Virus record (IMG/VR): IMGVR_UViG_3300049049_000237
Location: 80,003 to 144,002 of that record
Direction: 5' to 3' (one strand)
DNA: 64,000 nucleotides
DNA from: a virus
Below, in pieces: positions 28,104 through 38,812 of this stretch. Below the pieces are notes generated by a model. The model was not told the origin of the DNA and made no database searches. It was given only the letters and a program-made list of their open reading frames with translations. Each line of letters starts with the position of its first letter. Positions within the stretch are counted from its first letter, which is position 1. The position numbers and the translations under genes were made by a program.

Positions 28104-28428
28104 CGAAGAACGACGAGTACTCGCTCTCGTAGCCGGCGGTGACGTTCGACACGTCGAAGCACTGCGGGATCGCGCGGTCGAGTCTCTTGTTGAGCTCGTA
28201 GCTGTAGTCCCAGTCCTCCGAGATCTTCCCCGACGCATCGAGCGGCGGGAACAGGTGGATGACCAGCGCGCCGTCCGTGAGGCGGATGCCCCAGTCCGCG
28301 ATGAAGTGAGCTCGCGGCTCGGCCTCGCGGTTCGGGACGTCTTCCTGGAGCCCACGCACCTCGGAGAGGGTGAAGTCCGACGGCCTGGGGTCCTTCGGAT
28401 CGTGGGGTACGCCGATCTTGCGGGTCAT
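28018..28428 (-). CDS. Hypothetical protein
   Basis: GGAGG RBS, ATGA overlap; begins MTRKIGVPHD. Confidence 0.7.
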   Translation of the reverse strand: MTRKIGVPHDPKDPRPSDFTLSEVRGLQEDVPNREAEPRAHFIADWGIRLTDGALVIHLFPPLDASGKISEDWDYSYELNKRLDRAIPQCFDVSNVTAGYESEYSSFFVIVGGGALSLDPRLVVKRFLDAIEAPLH

Positions 28429-29339
28429 GATGATTCCTCCATTTCGCGTTTGTTGTCCTCCGCCAGCGTGTGCAGCGGGAGGTCGGCGGCCGTGGTGAGC
28501 GAGCGCTCGTCGTAGCGCGTCTCCAGCCGACGAAGGTGGTCCATGAGCTCGGCGCTGCCGCCGCGGCGCATGTCGACTTGCTCTTGCGCGGCGATGACGC
28601 TCGACAGGAGCGCCTGCATCGCGGTCGCCTTGTTCATGCCCGGGTACCGGGTAGCCACAGTCTTGATGAACTCCATGAAGGAGCAGTCCCTCATGTACTT
28701 GAACATCTCGGCTTCTTTCGGAACGCCGGAGCCACCACGGGTGGCGATGTACAAGCTCATCGAGGCGCCGACCTGGCTGCGCGGGGAGTTGTACGCAGCG
28801 AAGTAGTCCTCGTTGTCGACGCCCTGCATCTGCCGGAGGATCTCCGGTTGCTTCGGGAGCGGGACGCACTCCATGTTCCAGAAGTAGTGCGCGTAGTAGC
28901 GCACCGTCCCGACGTTCAGGATGCTGGGATCGATCCCGTGCACTGCCGAGAGACGGCGTGCGATGTCCGGAAGCGACAGCGGCCCGAGGAGCATGATCTC
29001 CAGGGACCGGCGCACCGACGGGATGTCGAGGATGTCGAACGCGTAGGTGACGTTCGGCTCACGCGCCCACATATCGTAGATGCGGTACTTCCGCAGCCAC
29101 TCGGCCGTGGGCGCGTGCGCATTGTAGCGGGTCGGGTCGAAGTTCGGTGGGAAGACCAGCGCGCTCTGAAGACGCTTGAGCGTGTCCTCGAAGATCGCGT
29201 ACTTGGCCTCCTCCGCCGGCACCGGCATGTTCTGCCGGCGGAGCATCGCGATGATCTCGTGGGTCCGGTACCTCCGCTGCGAGAACAGATAGTAGACGTA
29301 GTAGCGGGCGGGATGTTCGAGTTCTTCGATGAAGTTCAT
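28425..29339 (-). CDS. Hypothetical protein, terminase small subunit candidate
   Basis: ATGA overlap; HTH-like SLPDIARRL...VGTVRYY; near terL. Confidence 0.6.
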   Translation of the reverse strand: MNFIEELEHPARYYVYYLFSQRRYRTHEIIAMLRRQNMPVPAEEAKYAIFEDTLKRLQSALVFPPNFDPTRYNAHAPTAEWLRKYRIYDMWAREPNVTYAFDILDIPSVRRSLEIMLLGPLSLPDIARRLSAVHGIDPSILNVGTVRYYAHYFWNMECVPLPKQPEILRQMQGVDNEDYFAAYNSPRSQVGASMSLYIATRGGSGVPKEAEMFKYMRDCSFMEFIKTVATRYPGMNKATAMQALLSSVIAAQEQVDMRRGGSAELMDHLRRLETRYDERSLTTAADLPLHTLAEDNKREMEESS

Positions 29340-31390
29340 GACGTGCTGGGTGCCTGCTCGTCGTTGCTCCGCATCCCCAGAGCCTTGAGGCCCTGGACGA
29401 CCTCGTCGACGGCGCGGCACGCACGAGCAGCGGCGAACTCGGGCACCTCGCTCATGCCGAGGCGCGAGAGAAGCGTGAGCTCGCAGAGCGTGTTCAGCGC
29501 TCGGTCGAGGTACGGCAGCTTCCCGACGAACGTGCGGATGTTCTCGGGGTTGATGAACCCGAGGGACAGGACGCTGTCGACGGTCTGGATGTCGGGGAGG
29601 ATCGAGGCCTCCTTCACGAGATCGCGACGGAGCTCGCGCGCCTCGGCGACCTTCTTCTCCGCGATCTTCTGGACCTCGTCCAGAACGTGCGAGAGCGGAC
29701 GGACGTCCTGCACGCCGACGATCGTCTCGGGACGCGAGAACAGCGACGCCGTCTTGAGCACGGAGTGCGCACGGACAGGCGTGAGCCCGGCGACGCACAG
29801 CGTGAAGACCGCCTCGTCGTACGACGCCGTCTTCGGCACGGACTGCTCGTACCCGGGCAGGCCGTAGAACGAGAAGGCGACGTCCGAGCCGTTGCTCCGC
29901 ACGGTGAGGTGCGGGCGCATCAGCGACGCCTGCTTCATCGACTCCTGGCCGTCGATGAGGGGCACCGCGAGCTCGTTCTCCAGCGACAGGAAGCCGGCGC
30001 TGGCCGGGAGCATGACCTCCTCGCCCTGCGGCATCATCTGCTGGAGACCTTCGACCTTGCGGATCGTGCGCTGCTCGCCCGTGAGGCTCACCGCGTGCAC
30101 GACCTCGCTGCCGTCCATGCTCGCCTCGACGCCGAGGATGCGCATGGGCACGGTGGCCTGGATGCCGTCCGGCGCGATCACGTAGAACACGCCCGAGCCC
30201 TTCGGGGGCGAGTTCGGCAGCTCGATGCCGTCGTCCGGCACCGACGAGCCGACGATGGACTCCTGCACCGCGGCGACCTTGCCGTCCGTGAAGATCGTCA
30301 TCGGCAGACGGGTGCCGTCGAAGTCGATGAGCTGCGGGATCACCCAGCCCACGTGCTCCTGACCCGACGTGTCGCGGACCTTGTAGACGCCCGCCTCCTG
30401 CACGATCGAGGCTTCCTCGCCCTGCGCGCTCAGCGGCGTGACGTCCTTCACCGGCGCGGCGACGGTCGTGGTGCCGTCCATGTCGACCTTCTTCGCGATC
30501 TCCTCGCCGGCCAGCTTCACGAGCTCGCGGCGTGAGATGAAGTCGACGTCGGGGTTGAAGAGCGTGCGCGACGCTGCCTTCATCCAGTAGCGATCGCGGG
30601 CCGCGTCGTAGCCGAACTGCGCGACCTCGACGGGCGCGATGCTCGCGGCCTTGTCCATCAGGAGCTCGGGGTCGCCCTCCGTCAGGAGCTTGCCGTCGTA
30701 CTGCGCGAGGGCACTGACCGCCATCAGGAACGCGGGGTTCACCGAGAGCTGGTCCTGGAGGCCCTCCGCGGCGATCTTGTCGGTGAGTCGATCGAGATCG
30801 ATCTGCGACAGCGTCGGCGCGATCTCCGCGAGCAGACCACGCTCGGCGAGCTGCGCCATCTTCATGCCGGGGCCCATGATGTAGCTGGCATCACCGCCGC
30901 TGTGGTTGCCCATGCCCGCGCCAGGCGTGTTCGAGGAACGGCCGGGCGGGTAGAACATCGAGTAGAGGCTCCCGTCACCCTCGTCGTTCGTCATCATGTC
31001 GAACGTGTTGGGGCGGAAGAGGACCTCACGCAGGCGCTGCCCGTTGAGCGGCCAGAGCCGCTTGTCCTCGCTCATCACGAGGTCGAGCGGGCAGAGCTCG
31101 TTGTTCTTGATGATGACGGGGATGAGCGCCTTCTTCGATGTCGGGTTCGCGGTCGAGTTCGACAGCGCCGAATCCGTCTGCGCCGAGATGACGATCACGC
31201 CGATCGAGAAGCCCTGCTCCGGGTCCTGCCGCATGGGCACGTACTTCGGGTTGTACTCCGAAGCCTCGGGGACTTGGCGGAAGAGCTCCTGAAGGATCTG
31301 CGAGCTCCACTTCGCCGAGTCCTCGTCGAGCGGCGTCGCGGCGACCTTCGTGTTGGCGAAGGGCTTCTGAACCGGCGTGAAGAGTTCCAT
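29336..31390 (-). CDS. Large KxA-rich putative head protein
   Basis: Starts MELFTPVQ; about twelve KxA sites. Confidence 0.75.
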   Translation of the reverse strand: MELFTPVQKPFANTKVAATPLDEDSAKWSSQILQELFRQVPEASEYNPKYVPMRQDPEQGFSIGVIVISAQTDSALSNSTANPTSKKALIPVIIKNNELCPLDLVMSEDKRLWPLNGQRLREVLFRPNTFDMMTNDEGDGSLYSMFYPPGRSSNTPGAGMGNHSGGDASYIMGPGMKMAQLAERGLLAEIAPTLSQIDLDRLTDKIAAEGLQDQLSVNPAFLMAVSALAQYDGKLLTEGDPELLMDKAASIAPVEVAQFGYDAARDRYWMKAASRTLFNPDVDFISRRELVKLAGEEIAKKVDMDGTTTVAAPVKDVTPLSAQGEEASIVQEAGVYKVRDTSGQEHVGWVIPQLIDFDGTRLPMTIFTDGKVAAVQESIVGSSVPDDGIELPNSPPKGSGVFYVIAPDGIQATVPMRILGVEASMDGSEVVHAVSLTGEQRTIRKVEGLQQMMPQGEEVMLPASAGFLSLENELAVPLIDGQESMKQASLMRPHLTVRSNGSDVAFSFYGLPGYEQSVPKTASYDEAVFTLCVAGLTPVRAHSVLKTASLFSRPETIVGVQDVRPLSHVLDEVQKIAEKKVAEARELRRDLVKEASILPDIQTVDSVLSLGFINPENIRTFVGKLPYLDRALNTLCELTLLSRLGMSEVPEFAAARACRAVDEVVQGLKALGMRSNDEQAPSTS

Positions 31391-31397
31391 GCGTCTC

Positions 31398-31406
31398 ATC
31401 CTACCA
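31398..31406 (-). promoter_or_regulatory. Extended -10 TGGTAGGAT, leaderless arrangement
   Basis: -10 ends 7 nt before ATG 31390; no clear RBS. Confidence 0.5.
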
Positions 31407-31418
31407 TCGGAGGTTGCG

Positions 31419-32519
31419 TTACGGCGACAGCTTGACCTTCGTCGACAGCAGCGTCGGCGGAGGCGGAGGCGCACCCGCTGCTGTCGCGAGTGACGTGAGA
31501 TACGTGAGCAGCGTCTCGCCGCACACGCCGCTCATCGAGGCGTCTGGACCGCCGACGAGTACCTGCGGCGCGTCGATCACGGCCTTCGATGAGCTCTTGA
31601 GGGACGCTTCCTGCGTGCCCTCCATGACGGCCTTGCCGGAAGCCTTGTGCAGGATGTCCCCGTCGGCCTCGATCGTGTGGTTGCCGCTCACGGTGAGCGA
31701 ATGGTCGGCGCCGATGAACTCGGTCTTCTTGCCGCTCATCTCGACCATGAGCGAGTAGGTCTCGCTGCTGACGTCGCCCGTGTCCCGGTCGATGCCTGCC
31801 TGCGCGACCTTCACCTCCCAGACGACCTTCTCGTTGCCGTCGGGTCCGCGCAGCGGGAAGTGCCGTACACGAAGCGACGCCTTCTCGTCCTGCGCGAACT
31901 CGTTCAGATGGAAGACGTACGTGGCAGGGGCATCCCCGCTCGGGTCGTTCTCCTGCCGCTCGACGGTCATCCGGATGTCTCCGGCGAACGTGTCGAGCGA
32001 GTAGTTCTCGCAGAAGTCCTTGATGAAGTTCCCGATCGGCAGGCAGATGCGCTGCGCGATCTCCGTGGCACCGAGCTGGAGGATGCCACCGCGACGCAGG
32101 ATGATGAAGTTCTCATCCCGGCCCATGATGAACATGTCGCCGGGCTGGATGTCAGGTCGGTTCCCGCGGAACGAGACGTCCGTCTGGCTGCCACCCTCGG
32201 GCGTGCTTCGCAGCGGCTCCCCAGTGTCCGACTGCACGACGGTGGGGGTCAGCAGGAAGCCGAGGATGAAGGGCGGCGAGGTGTCGTTCGCTCGCCCCAC
32301 CATGCACACGGCGCCGACTTCTGGCAGCAGCGAGAAGCCCTCGCCGTTGTAGTTGTGGACGTACGGCGACAGGATCTGGAGGTCCTCGTACCGCTTCGAG
32401 GTGGTCTCGGTGATGACCGAGACCGTGTAGTTCCTCTTGTTGACGTCGACCACCGTCGCCTGCTCGCAGACGAAGGGGAAGAACGTCGAAGTCGACGGGC
32501 CGTTGCCGGTGTATCCCAT
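31419..32519 (-). CDS. Baseplate central spike (gp5/gpV-like)
   Basis: N-terminal OB fold (LLPEVGAVCMV...FILGF), beta-repeat C-terminus, terminal LLSTKVK. Confidence 0.7.
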   Translation of the reverse strand: MGYTGNGPSTSTFFPFVCEQATVVDVNKRNYTVSVITETTSKRYEDLQILSPYVHNYNGEGFSLLPEVGAVCMVGRANDTSPPFILGFLLTPTVVQSDTGEPLRSTPEGGSQTDVSFRGNRPDIQPGDMFIMGRDENFIILRRGGILQLGATEIAQRICLPIGNFIKDFCENYSLDTFAGDIRMTVERQENDPSGDAPATYVFHLNEFAQDEKASLRVRHFPLRGPDGNEKVVWEVKVAQAGIDRDTGDVSSETYSLMVEMSGKKTEFIGADHSLTVSGNHTIEADGDILHKASGKAVMEGTQEASLKSSSKAVIDAPQVLVGGPDASMSGVCGETLLTYLTSLATAAGAPPPPPTLLSTKVKLSP

Positions 32520-35500
32520 CAGTAACCTGCCGGACCCTGACCGTGCCCGAACTCTCGCGCGTACGCCAGACCCGGGATCGGGTGCAGGCCGTGGATGTCG
32601 GACTTCTCGCCGTGGGTCGCGGCGGTGATGAGATGCTGCTGGAGGTTGTTCGTCATGAGCCGCGCGATCCAGTCCTTCTGACGACGCGCGGTCGTGGTCT
32701 GCGTCGGCTCCAGGAACGGCTTCACCTGGATCGGACGCTTGCCCTTGAGCGTCGTCCGGTTGACCTCGTCGACGACCGACTTCTGAAGGTGGTCACCGCG
32801 AAGGATCGACGGGTGGTCTCCGGGGTCGACGACCTGCACGGTGCTCGTCGCGTTGCGCACCGTGAGCTCGACGTGACGACGAAGGACGTCCTCCTTCTCG
32901 TAGATCTTGCCGATGCGATCGACCATGAAGTCCTGCGCCGCTTCGATGCCGCGGGTCTTCAGGAGATCGCGCAGGTTCGGATCACCCTCGGTGAGCTGCT
33001 CGCCGCGCTGGAACGTGTAGCCCGGCTTGATGTGCGACTTCGGCGCGTGGCGCGCGTAGAGGGGGACGCGGCTCGTGTCGTAGTAGATCTTGAAGCCGCC
33101 CTGCGGCTGCGGCTCGATGCGCGTGACCTTGCCCTGCTTCGGGGCGACGATCGCGTCCTTCGCAGGCGACTTCTGCGCGACGCCGTACAGACCCTTCACG
33201 GTGTCGAACTCGTCGACCGCGCCGCGCTGGATCGGGACGATGCCCTGGTTGTGCGTCTGCTTGAGCATGAGCTGCGACGCACGTTCGCCGATCGCTTGCG
33301 CAGCGATGATGCCGACGTTGTCGCCGATCGCGTAGTTCGTGCCGCTCGGGTGCTTGCCCATGCAGGTCGAGCAGATGCCGTGGGGCATCCGGCACTTGAG
33401 CGGGGAGCGCACGAAGACGTGCGAGACGCCACCCTTGGAGAGGCTGCTCTGGATCTCGGGCGTGATGATCGTGCCGGCGGGCAGCGACTTGCCCGCGATC
33501 GTCACCGGCGACGCGAGGTACCGATCCACGAGGTCGCGATCGGCCGAGCTCAGGCTGATGCCCTGCTGCGTACCGCAGTCGTGTGACGTGATCGGCGAGT
33601 CGATGTTCGCCTGGATGAGCTCCTTCGTGAGCGTGCCGGGCTCGCGGACTGCGTCGGTCTTCTGGATGACGCCGCGACGCGCACCCGAGGACTGGAGGAA
33701 GTACCCACCGATGTCGATGCCCTCGGAGAACGAACGCGTGATCGGGATCTTCGACGGACGACCGAGATGATCCTCGACCAGCATCGGAGCGATCACGAGC
33801 CCCTGGAACTGCTCGCGCTTCGCCTTGATGCCCGACTGCGCCATGTCCGAGACGTTCGTCGGGTTCTCCTTGTGCTTCTCGCTGTAGATCTTGTGGAGGT
33901 TGCGCGTCGCATCCATCCAGATCTTCGTGCGTGCCTCGTCCGTATCCGCCTTGGCCGCGAGCCGCTTCGCCTCGGCGACGATCTTCTGCCGCTCTGCACG
34001 GAAGGGTTCGAGGTCCGAGAGACGCACGGTGTGTCCGCTCTCGAAGGCCATCTTGAACCCGAGCTGCGTGATGCCCTGCGTCAGAGCACCGAAGTGACCC
34101 GGCTCGGTCCGCGCCGTGTCGCGCAGCATCTCGCTGACGAACTTCTTCGTCACCGGCGTCTGGAGGTCGGTGAGGATCTTGTCCTTGTACTTCGCAGGCA
34201 CCATCGACGCGATGCGTGCGCGGCCGAGCGTCGTGCGCTTGCCCGCGATCGTCACGACGTCGTCGAGGCTCACCTTGTTGCCGAGGAACGCCTTCTCGGC
34301 ATCTTCCTTCGTCGAGAAGGTGTGGGACGTCTGCTTCTTCGGCAGCGACATGCGGTAGAGAGCGAGCAGCGCCTCGTTCGTCGGGGTGAAGAGGACCTCG
34401 CCCGTGCTCGCCGACAGCGAGCGATTCGACGGCAGGAGCTTCTTCGCTTCCTCGACCGCGCCGTGGCTGAGCGGGAGCATGAGCGCGACCGCGTCGCCGT
34501 CGATGTCGCCGCCGATCGGCGGGAGCACGAGAGGGCTCACCTTGATCGCGCGGCTGTCGGTGAGCTTCACCTTCTGCCCGATGATGCCGTACTGGTGGAG
34601 CACCGGATCGCGCTTCATCAGCACGGGGCGGTGCTCGATCTCCTGCTGAAGCATCGCCTCGGCGGTCGGCGTGCGCTGCGAGATCTCCTTCTGGGCGTCG
34701 AACGGGTTCATGCCCATCTGCGTCAGCCGGTGCGCGACCAGCGGGCGGAAGAGCTCGAACGCGATCTTCTTCGGCACGCCGATCTCGTCGGCCCCGAGCC
34801 CGGGGTCGGCGACGATCGTCGCTCGCGCCGTGTAGTCCTGCTTCTTGCCGATGATGCGGTCCTGAAAGAACCCGTCCTTCGGCATGTCGCCCGCGATCGT
34901 GTGGAGCACACCGGGCAGGTGGCGACCCTTGACCTCCTTGCCCTGGAAGTCGATGTCGAGCGCCTTCTTCCCCTTCGGCGTTGTGCCGATGAGGTTCTGC
35001 ATCTCCTGGAAGAGGTCACCCTGCGTCTTGAGCAGTCGCTTGTGCGGGATGCCTTCCTTCTTCGACTGCTCCAGCGAGGTGTTCACCATGCCCAGCCGTC
35101 GGTAGAGCTGGTTCATGGGATCGATGCGGTCCTGCCCGTCCGCGCTCTCCTGGAAGGGGCGGTAGATCGGCGGGAGCACCGGCAGGTACTTCAGCGTGTA
35201 CGCCTCCGCCGGGGTCTTGCCCTGCTCCTTGAGCGTCGAGAGCGCCTTGTACGTGAACGTCGCCCGGTTCAGGTCCGCACCCTTGAGCTTCGGGTCGTCC
35301 ATTTGGGTGCGGAGCTTCTTGAGCTCCTTGTCGATGTCGATCTTGGCGAGTGCCTCGCGGATCGCCTGCCCGCCCGACTTGCCGTTGATCGCGAGCTCGC
35401 CCGAGATGACCTTGTGCAGTAGCTGCGCTTCGTTCGCACGCTTCGCGTCCCCACCCTTGATGTTGAGCAGGTTCACGACCGCCTTCGCGAACACGGGGTT

Positions 35501-38500
35501 CGGCATCGGCTCGGCGAGCTCGATGTAGCCCCAGTTCTGCTTGTCGGTGCCGAAGATGCGGGTGTCGAAGATGCCGCCGGACTCCGGCTTCATGTTCTTC
35601 GCCATCACCGTCGCCGCGGGGTTCGTCACCTTCGCGTGCTTGCCGGCCTTCGCGAGCACCTCAGCATCCGTCATCGGCATGATCTGGATGCCGTTGCCGC
35701 GCTTCTGCGTGTTGAGCCCCGCAGAGTGCAGCATTGCGTTGAACTTCTCGTAGACGAACGGCACCTGCGGCGGCGGCAGCGGCTTGCCGTTCGCCAGCGC
35801 ATCCCAGAGAGCTTCCGCCTGCGGCTTGTCCGACTTCAGCGTCTGCATCTCGCCGAGGTTCTGACGAAGCCCCGCCGCGAGCGCGCCGTACACACCGAGC
35901 GATCCGAGACTCTGCGCGCCCGTCTCGCCACCGCCTCGCGGAACAAGGTTGGTGTCGTACTGGATCATCGGCGCGTAGTCCTTCAGGTAGAACCCGCCGT
36001 GACGCACGTGCGTCTTCTTGTCGATCTGGTGTTCGAGCTGGAAGACGTAGTGGGGCCCGACCGTGACGTCGCCGATCGTGCGACCCGTCTTCGGATCGAT
36101 GAGCGTCTCCGTCTCCTTCAGGCCGTGCTTCTTGAGCTCGTTCTGGACCTTCTTTAGGTAGTCGGTCTGTCCGTCGAAGTTCTTGACGAAGTACGGCTTG
36201 CCCGTCTTCTCGGCGATCTTGCCCGCGGCCGTCTCCAGAATCTGGCCGGGGTTCATGCGGCCGGGCACCGAGACCGGGTTGATGAGCATCTCGACGTGCT
36301 CCTTCTTCCCGCCCTTCTCGGCAAACGGCATCTCGTGGTCCGGCACGACCTGCGTGACGATGCCCTTCGCGCTGTGACGCGTGGAGACCTTCGAGCCCAC
36401 GACGAGCGGCTCGGACGTCTTCACGTGCACGACGATGTTCTTGCCCGCACGAACGACGCGCACGATCTCACCCGGGTACGGGTGGTCCCACGTCATCGCG
36501 GCGTTGCTGTACCCGATGCGCCCCTTCTTCGTGAGCTGCGCGAGCATCTTCGCGTCGAGCGAGTCGGGGTCCTTCTGCTCGCGGAGCGCGAGCACGAGAG
36601 GGTCTCCCGGCTGCACCTTGGTGCCCGGCTTGATGAGGCCATCGTCACCGATGTTCGCGAGCTGCGTCTGCGCGTACGCGTTGAGCTTGTCGTCGAGGAA
36701 GCGCTTCTTGCTGATGACGTGGTCGGACGTCACGTAGAAGGACGGCTTGAGCAAGTGCTCCGTGCCGAGCTTCTTCGCCGCGCTCTCCGAGAGGACGATG
36801 CCGTCCTCGTGGTTGGCGCCGTTGGCGAGGTAGGCGACGCGCACGTTCGTCCCGAGCGCGAGCGCACCGTCCTTCGAGAACGAGTGGTCCGCGAGGACCT
36901 GTCCTGCACGCACCGTGTCCCCGACCTTCACGGTCGGGGTGCTGTGGAGCATCGCCTTCTTGTCGTTCAGCGGGTAGTGGTCGTAGAGGTGGACCGACCG
37001 CTCCTTGCCGTCCTTGCCGACGACGATGATCTCGTCGTTCTTGATGGACTTGATGTGCCCGTCGATCGGCGACTTGTGCGAGAGGAACGTCTGCCCGATG
37101 CGCTGCTCGAAAGAGATGCCCGGGGCCGCCTCGACCTGCACACGCGGGGGTTCGCGGCCGACCACGCTGAGTGCCTGAGCCATGTGACGCGCCGACATCG
37201 TCGTGCGTCCCGCCGCGTCGTTCTGCATGAACGGGACGAGGTTCGTCTCGGTGGAGAAGACCTGCCCCGGCGTGATGAGGGTGTACTCCGCCTGCGAGAA
37301 CGGGAGCTCTTCGATCTCGCCGTTCTTGTTCGAGACGCGCACCTGGGGACCGAGCGGCTTGGGCTTGCCGCCCTCCCATCGGATCTGGTCGGGCAGGACG
37401 ACAATGGCTCGCGCAGCTTCTGCCGGCGTGAGCTCTTCGACCTTCCCCTTCTTGATGTTGTACAGACGCGCGTACGGCTTGCGGTCCTTGACCGTGATGC
37501 CGCTCGTCAGGTGGAGTGAGGTGCCTGCTCCGGAGCCCTCGGGCGTGAACACCGGATCGAGGAAGCCGAGGTGCGACGGGTCGACGGACGTGTTCGACAG
37601 CGTCACCTGATGCTCGGACTTCAGACCACCGGGGCCCATGATGGTCGTGTGGCTGCGATCGGCGAGCATCGTGACGAGGTTCGTCTGCTTCGAGTTGCTC
37701 GCGAGCGCCGTGGCGAAGACGTGGTTGATCGGCTTCTGGATGAGGTCGGGCATCACGATGTCGCGAAGCACCGACGCATTCCCTGCGCGCAGCGACTCCA
37801 TCGTCGACTTCTTGCCCAGGGACTTCAGCACGCGGCCGTGGATCTCGTTCTTCGAGGCCTTGAGGCGCTCGGCGAAGTGATCGGTCGGCGTCCAGAGCTC
37901 CTTGAACTCCAGCGAGTCGATCGGGTCCGGATGCGCTCGCTGCGCGCTCACGTCGATAAGCTTCGCGCTCGCCTTCATCAGGGCGGGACCTGAGACGGAC
38001 TCGAAGGCGTGACCCAGCGTGGTCTTCGTGACCACCGGGTCCATCTTCGTCTCCGACAGGTACTTGTTGATGGCCTGCGGCAGGTCGAGGGTGCTCGGGA
38101 CCTGCTGAGCATCCTTCATCGCCGTGTAGAAGGACTTGAGGTCGTGCTCGTAGCGCGACTTCTTCTGATTCGAGGCGAAGTTCTTCTCGCCCCACGAGGC
38201 CTTCATCTCGTCGTCGCTGACGCCCGCGGCCTTCAGCACCGAGTAGAGCGGGATCTTCCGCGCGCCGCTCTTGATGAACATGTAGCCCGTGCCGGGCTCC
38301 ATCTGGAGATCGAAGCTCTTGCCCTTCGCGAGCTGGAACTGCGCCTCGTACTCGCCCTTCTTCTCGGTCGCCTTGACGTAGGCACCGGGACGGAGACGCC
38401 ACTGGTTCGTGACGGTCTTCTCCTGCCCGCCGATGATGAAGCTGTGGTGGCGTGTGAGCTTGGGGATCTCCGCCACGCGGGTCCTCTTGCTCACGAGCAC

Positions 38501-38746
38501 CTTGCCGTCGCGATCGACCACGTCGACGTGACCGAAGACTGGAGCCGTGTACGAGCGCCCGTTCAGACGCGCGTCCATCTGGCCCTTGATGTCCTCGGTT
38601 CCGAGGTCTTCACCGCCGACCTCCAGGTTTCGCACCCGCACCTCGATGCCGGTCTTCGGATCGACGATGGGGAAGGTGCCGTTGATCTCCGCCAGGAGGC
38701 GGGTCTTCAGCTCCTCGAACTGCTTGTTCGGGTCGGTGGTGAGCAC
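32519..38746 (-). CDS. rpoBC: DNA-directed RNA polymerase, fused beta and beta-prime subunits
   Basis: Beta motifs TPEG, NHEDGIV, KVSTRHSAKG, PGRMNPGQILE; beta-prime motifs PVLPPIYRP, GKKQDYTAR, RDPVLH, GGDIDGD, AAQAIGE. Confidence 0.95.
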   Translation of the reverse strand: MLTTDPNKQFEELKTRLLAEINGTFPIVDPKTGIEVRVRNLEVGGEDLGTEDIKGQMDARLNGRSYTAPVFGHVDVVDRDGKVLVSKRTRVAEIPKLTRHHSFIIGGQEKTVTNQWRLRPGAYVKATEKKGEYEAQFQLAKGKSFDLQMEPGTGYMFIKSGARKIPLYSVLKAAGVSDDEMKASWGEKNFASNQKKSRYEHDLKSFYTAMKDAQQVPSTLDLPQAINKYLSETKMDPVVTKTTLGHAFESVSGPALMKASAKLIDVSAQRAHPDPIDSLEFKELWTPTDHFAERLKASKNEIHGRVLKSLGKKSTMESLRAGNASVLRDIVMPDLIQKPINHVFATALASNSKQTNLVTMLADRSHTTIMGPGGLKSEHQVTLSNTSVDPSHLGFLDPVFTPEGSGAGTSLHLTSGITVKDRKPYARLYNIKKGKVEELTPAEAARAIVVLPDQIRWEGGKPKPLGPQVRVSNKNGEIEELPFSQAEYTLITPGQVFSTETNLVPFMQNDAAGRTTMSARHMAQALSVVGREPPRVQVEAAPGISFEQRIGQTFLSHKSPIDGHIKSIKNDEIIVVGKDGKERSVHLYDHYPLNDKKAMLHSTPTVKVGDTVRAGQVLADHSFSKDGALALGTNVRVAYLANGANHEDGIVLSESAAKKLGTEHLLKPSFYVTSDHVISKKRFLDDKLNAYAQTQLANIGDDGLIKPGTKVQPGDPLVLALREQKDPDSLDAKMLAQLTKKGRIGYSNAAMTWDHPYPGEIVRVVRAGKNIVVHVKTSEPLVVGSKVSTRHSAKGIVTQVVPDHEMPFAEKGGKKEHVEMLINPVSVPGRMNPGQILETAAGKIAEKTGKPYFVKNFDGQTDYLKKVQNELKKHGLKETETLIDPKTGRTIGDVTVGPHYVFQLEHQIDKKTHVRHGGFYLKDYAPMIQYDTNLVPRGGGETGAQSLGSLGVYGALAAGLRQNLGEMQTLKSDKPQAEALWDALANGKPLPPPQVPFVYEKFNAMLHSAGLNTQKRGNGIQIMPMTDAEVLAKAGKHAKVTNPAATVMAKNMKPESGGIFDTRIFGTDKQNWGYIELAEPMPNPVFAKAVVNLLNIKGGDAKRANEAQLLHKVISGELAINGKSGGQAIREALAKIDIDKELKKLRTQMDDPKLKGADLNRATFTYKALSTLKEQGKTPAEAYTLKYLPVLPPIYRPFQESADGQDRIDPMNQLYRRLGMVNTSLEQSKKEGIPHKRLLKTQGDLFQEMQNLIGTTPKGKKALDIDFQGKEVKGRHLPGVLHTIAGDMPKDGFFQDRIIGKKQDYTARATIVADPGLGADEIGVPKKIAFELFRPLVAHRLTQMGMNPFDAQKEISQRTPTAEAMLQQEIEHRPVLMKRDPVLHQYGIIGQKVKLTDSRAIKVSPLVLPPIGGDIDGDAVALMLPLSHGAVEEAKKLLPSNRSLSASTGEVLFTPTNEALLALYRMSLPKKQTSHTFSTKEDAEKAFLGNKVSLDDVVTIAGKRTTLGRARIASMVPAKYKDKILTDLQTPVTKKFVSEMLRDTARTEPGHFGALTQGITQLGFKMAFESGHTVRLSDLEPFRAERQKIVAEAKRLAAKADTDEARTKIWMDATRNLHKIYSEKHKENPTNVSDMAQSGIKAKREQFQGLVIAPMLVEDHLGRPSKIPITRSFSEGIDIGGYFLQSSGARRGVIQKTDAVREPGTLTKELIQANIDSPITSHDCGTQQGISLSSADRDLVDRYLASPVTIAGKSLPAGTIITPEIQSSLSKGGVSHVFVRSPLKCRMPHGICSTCMGKHPSGTNYAIGDNVGIIAAQAIGERASQLMLKQTHNQGIVPIQRGAVDEFDTVKGLYGVAQKSPAKDAIVAPKQGKVTRIEPQPQGGFKIYYDTSRVPLYARHAPKSHIKPGYTFQRGEQLTEGDPNLRDLLKTRGIEAAQDFMVDRIGKIYEKEDVLRRHVELTVRNATSTVQVVDPGDHPSILRGDHLQKSVVDEVNRTTLKGKRPIQVKPFLEPTQTTTARRQKDWIARLMTNNLQQHLITAATHGEKSDIHGLHPIPGLAYAREFGHGQGPAGY

Positions 38747-38752
38747 GCCCGC

Positions 38753-38782
38753 AGTCTACTGCTCGCGCGACGAAGGGGTCAA
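38753..38782 (-). promoter_or_regulatory. Sigma70-like promoter TTGACC-N18-TAGACT, leaderless
   Basis: -10 ends 6 nt before GTG 38746; no RBS. Confidence 0.7.
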
Positions 38783-38812
38783 CGAACCGAGCCGAAACGC
38801 AGGGGTTACTGA

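Noticed and set aside
32519-38746. Bacterial chromosomal rpoB-rpoC locus
   Set aside because: No ribosomal protein neighbours, strongly diverged motifs, and flanked by spike and terminase genes
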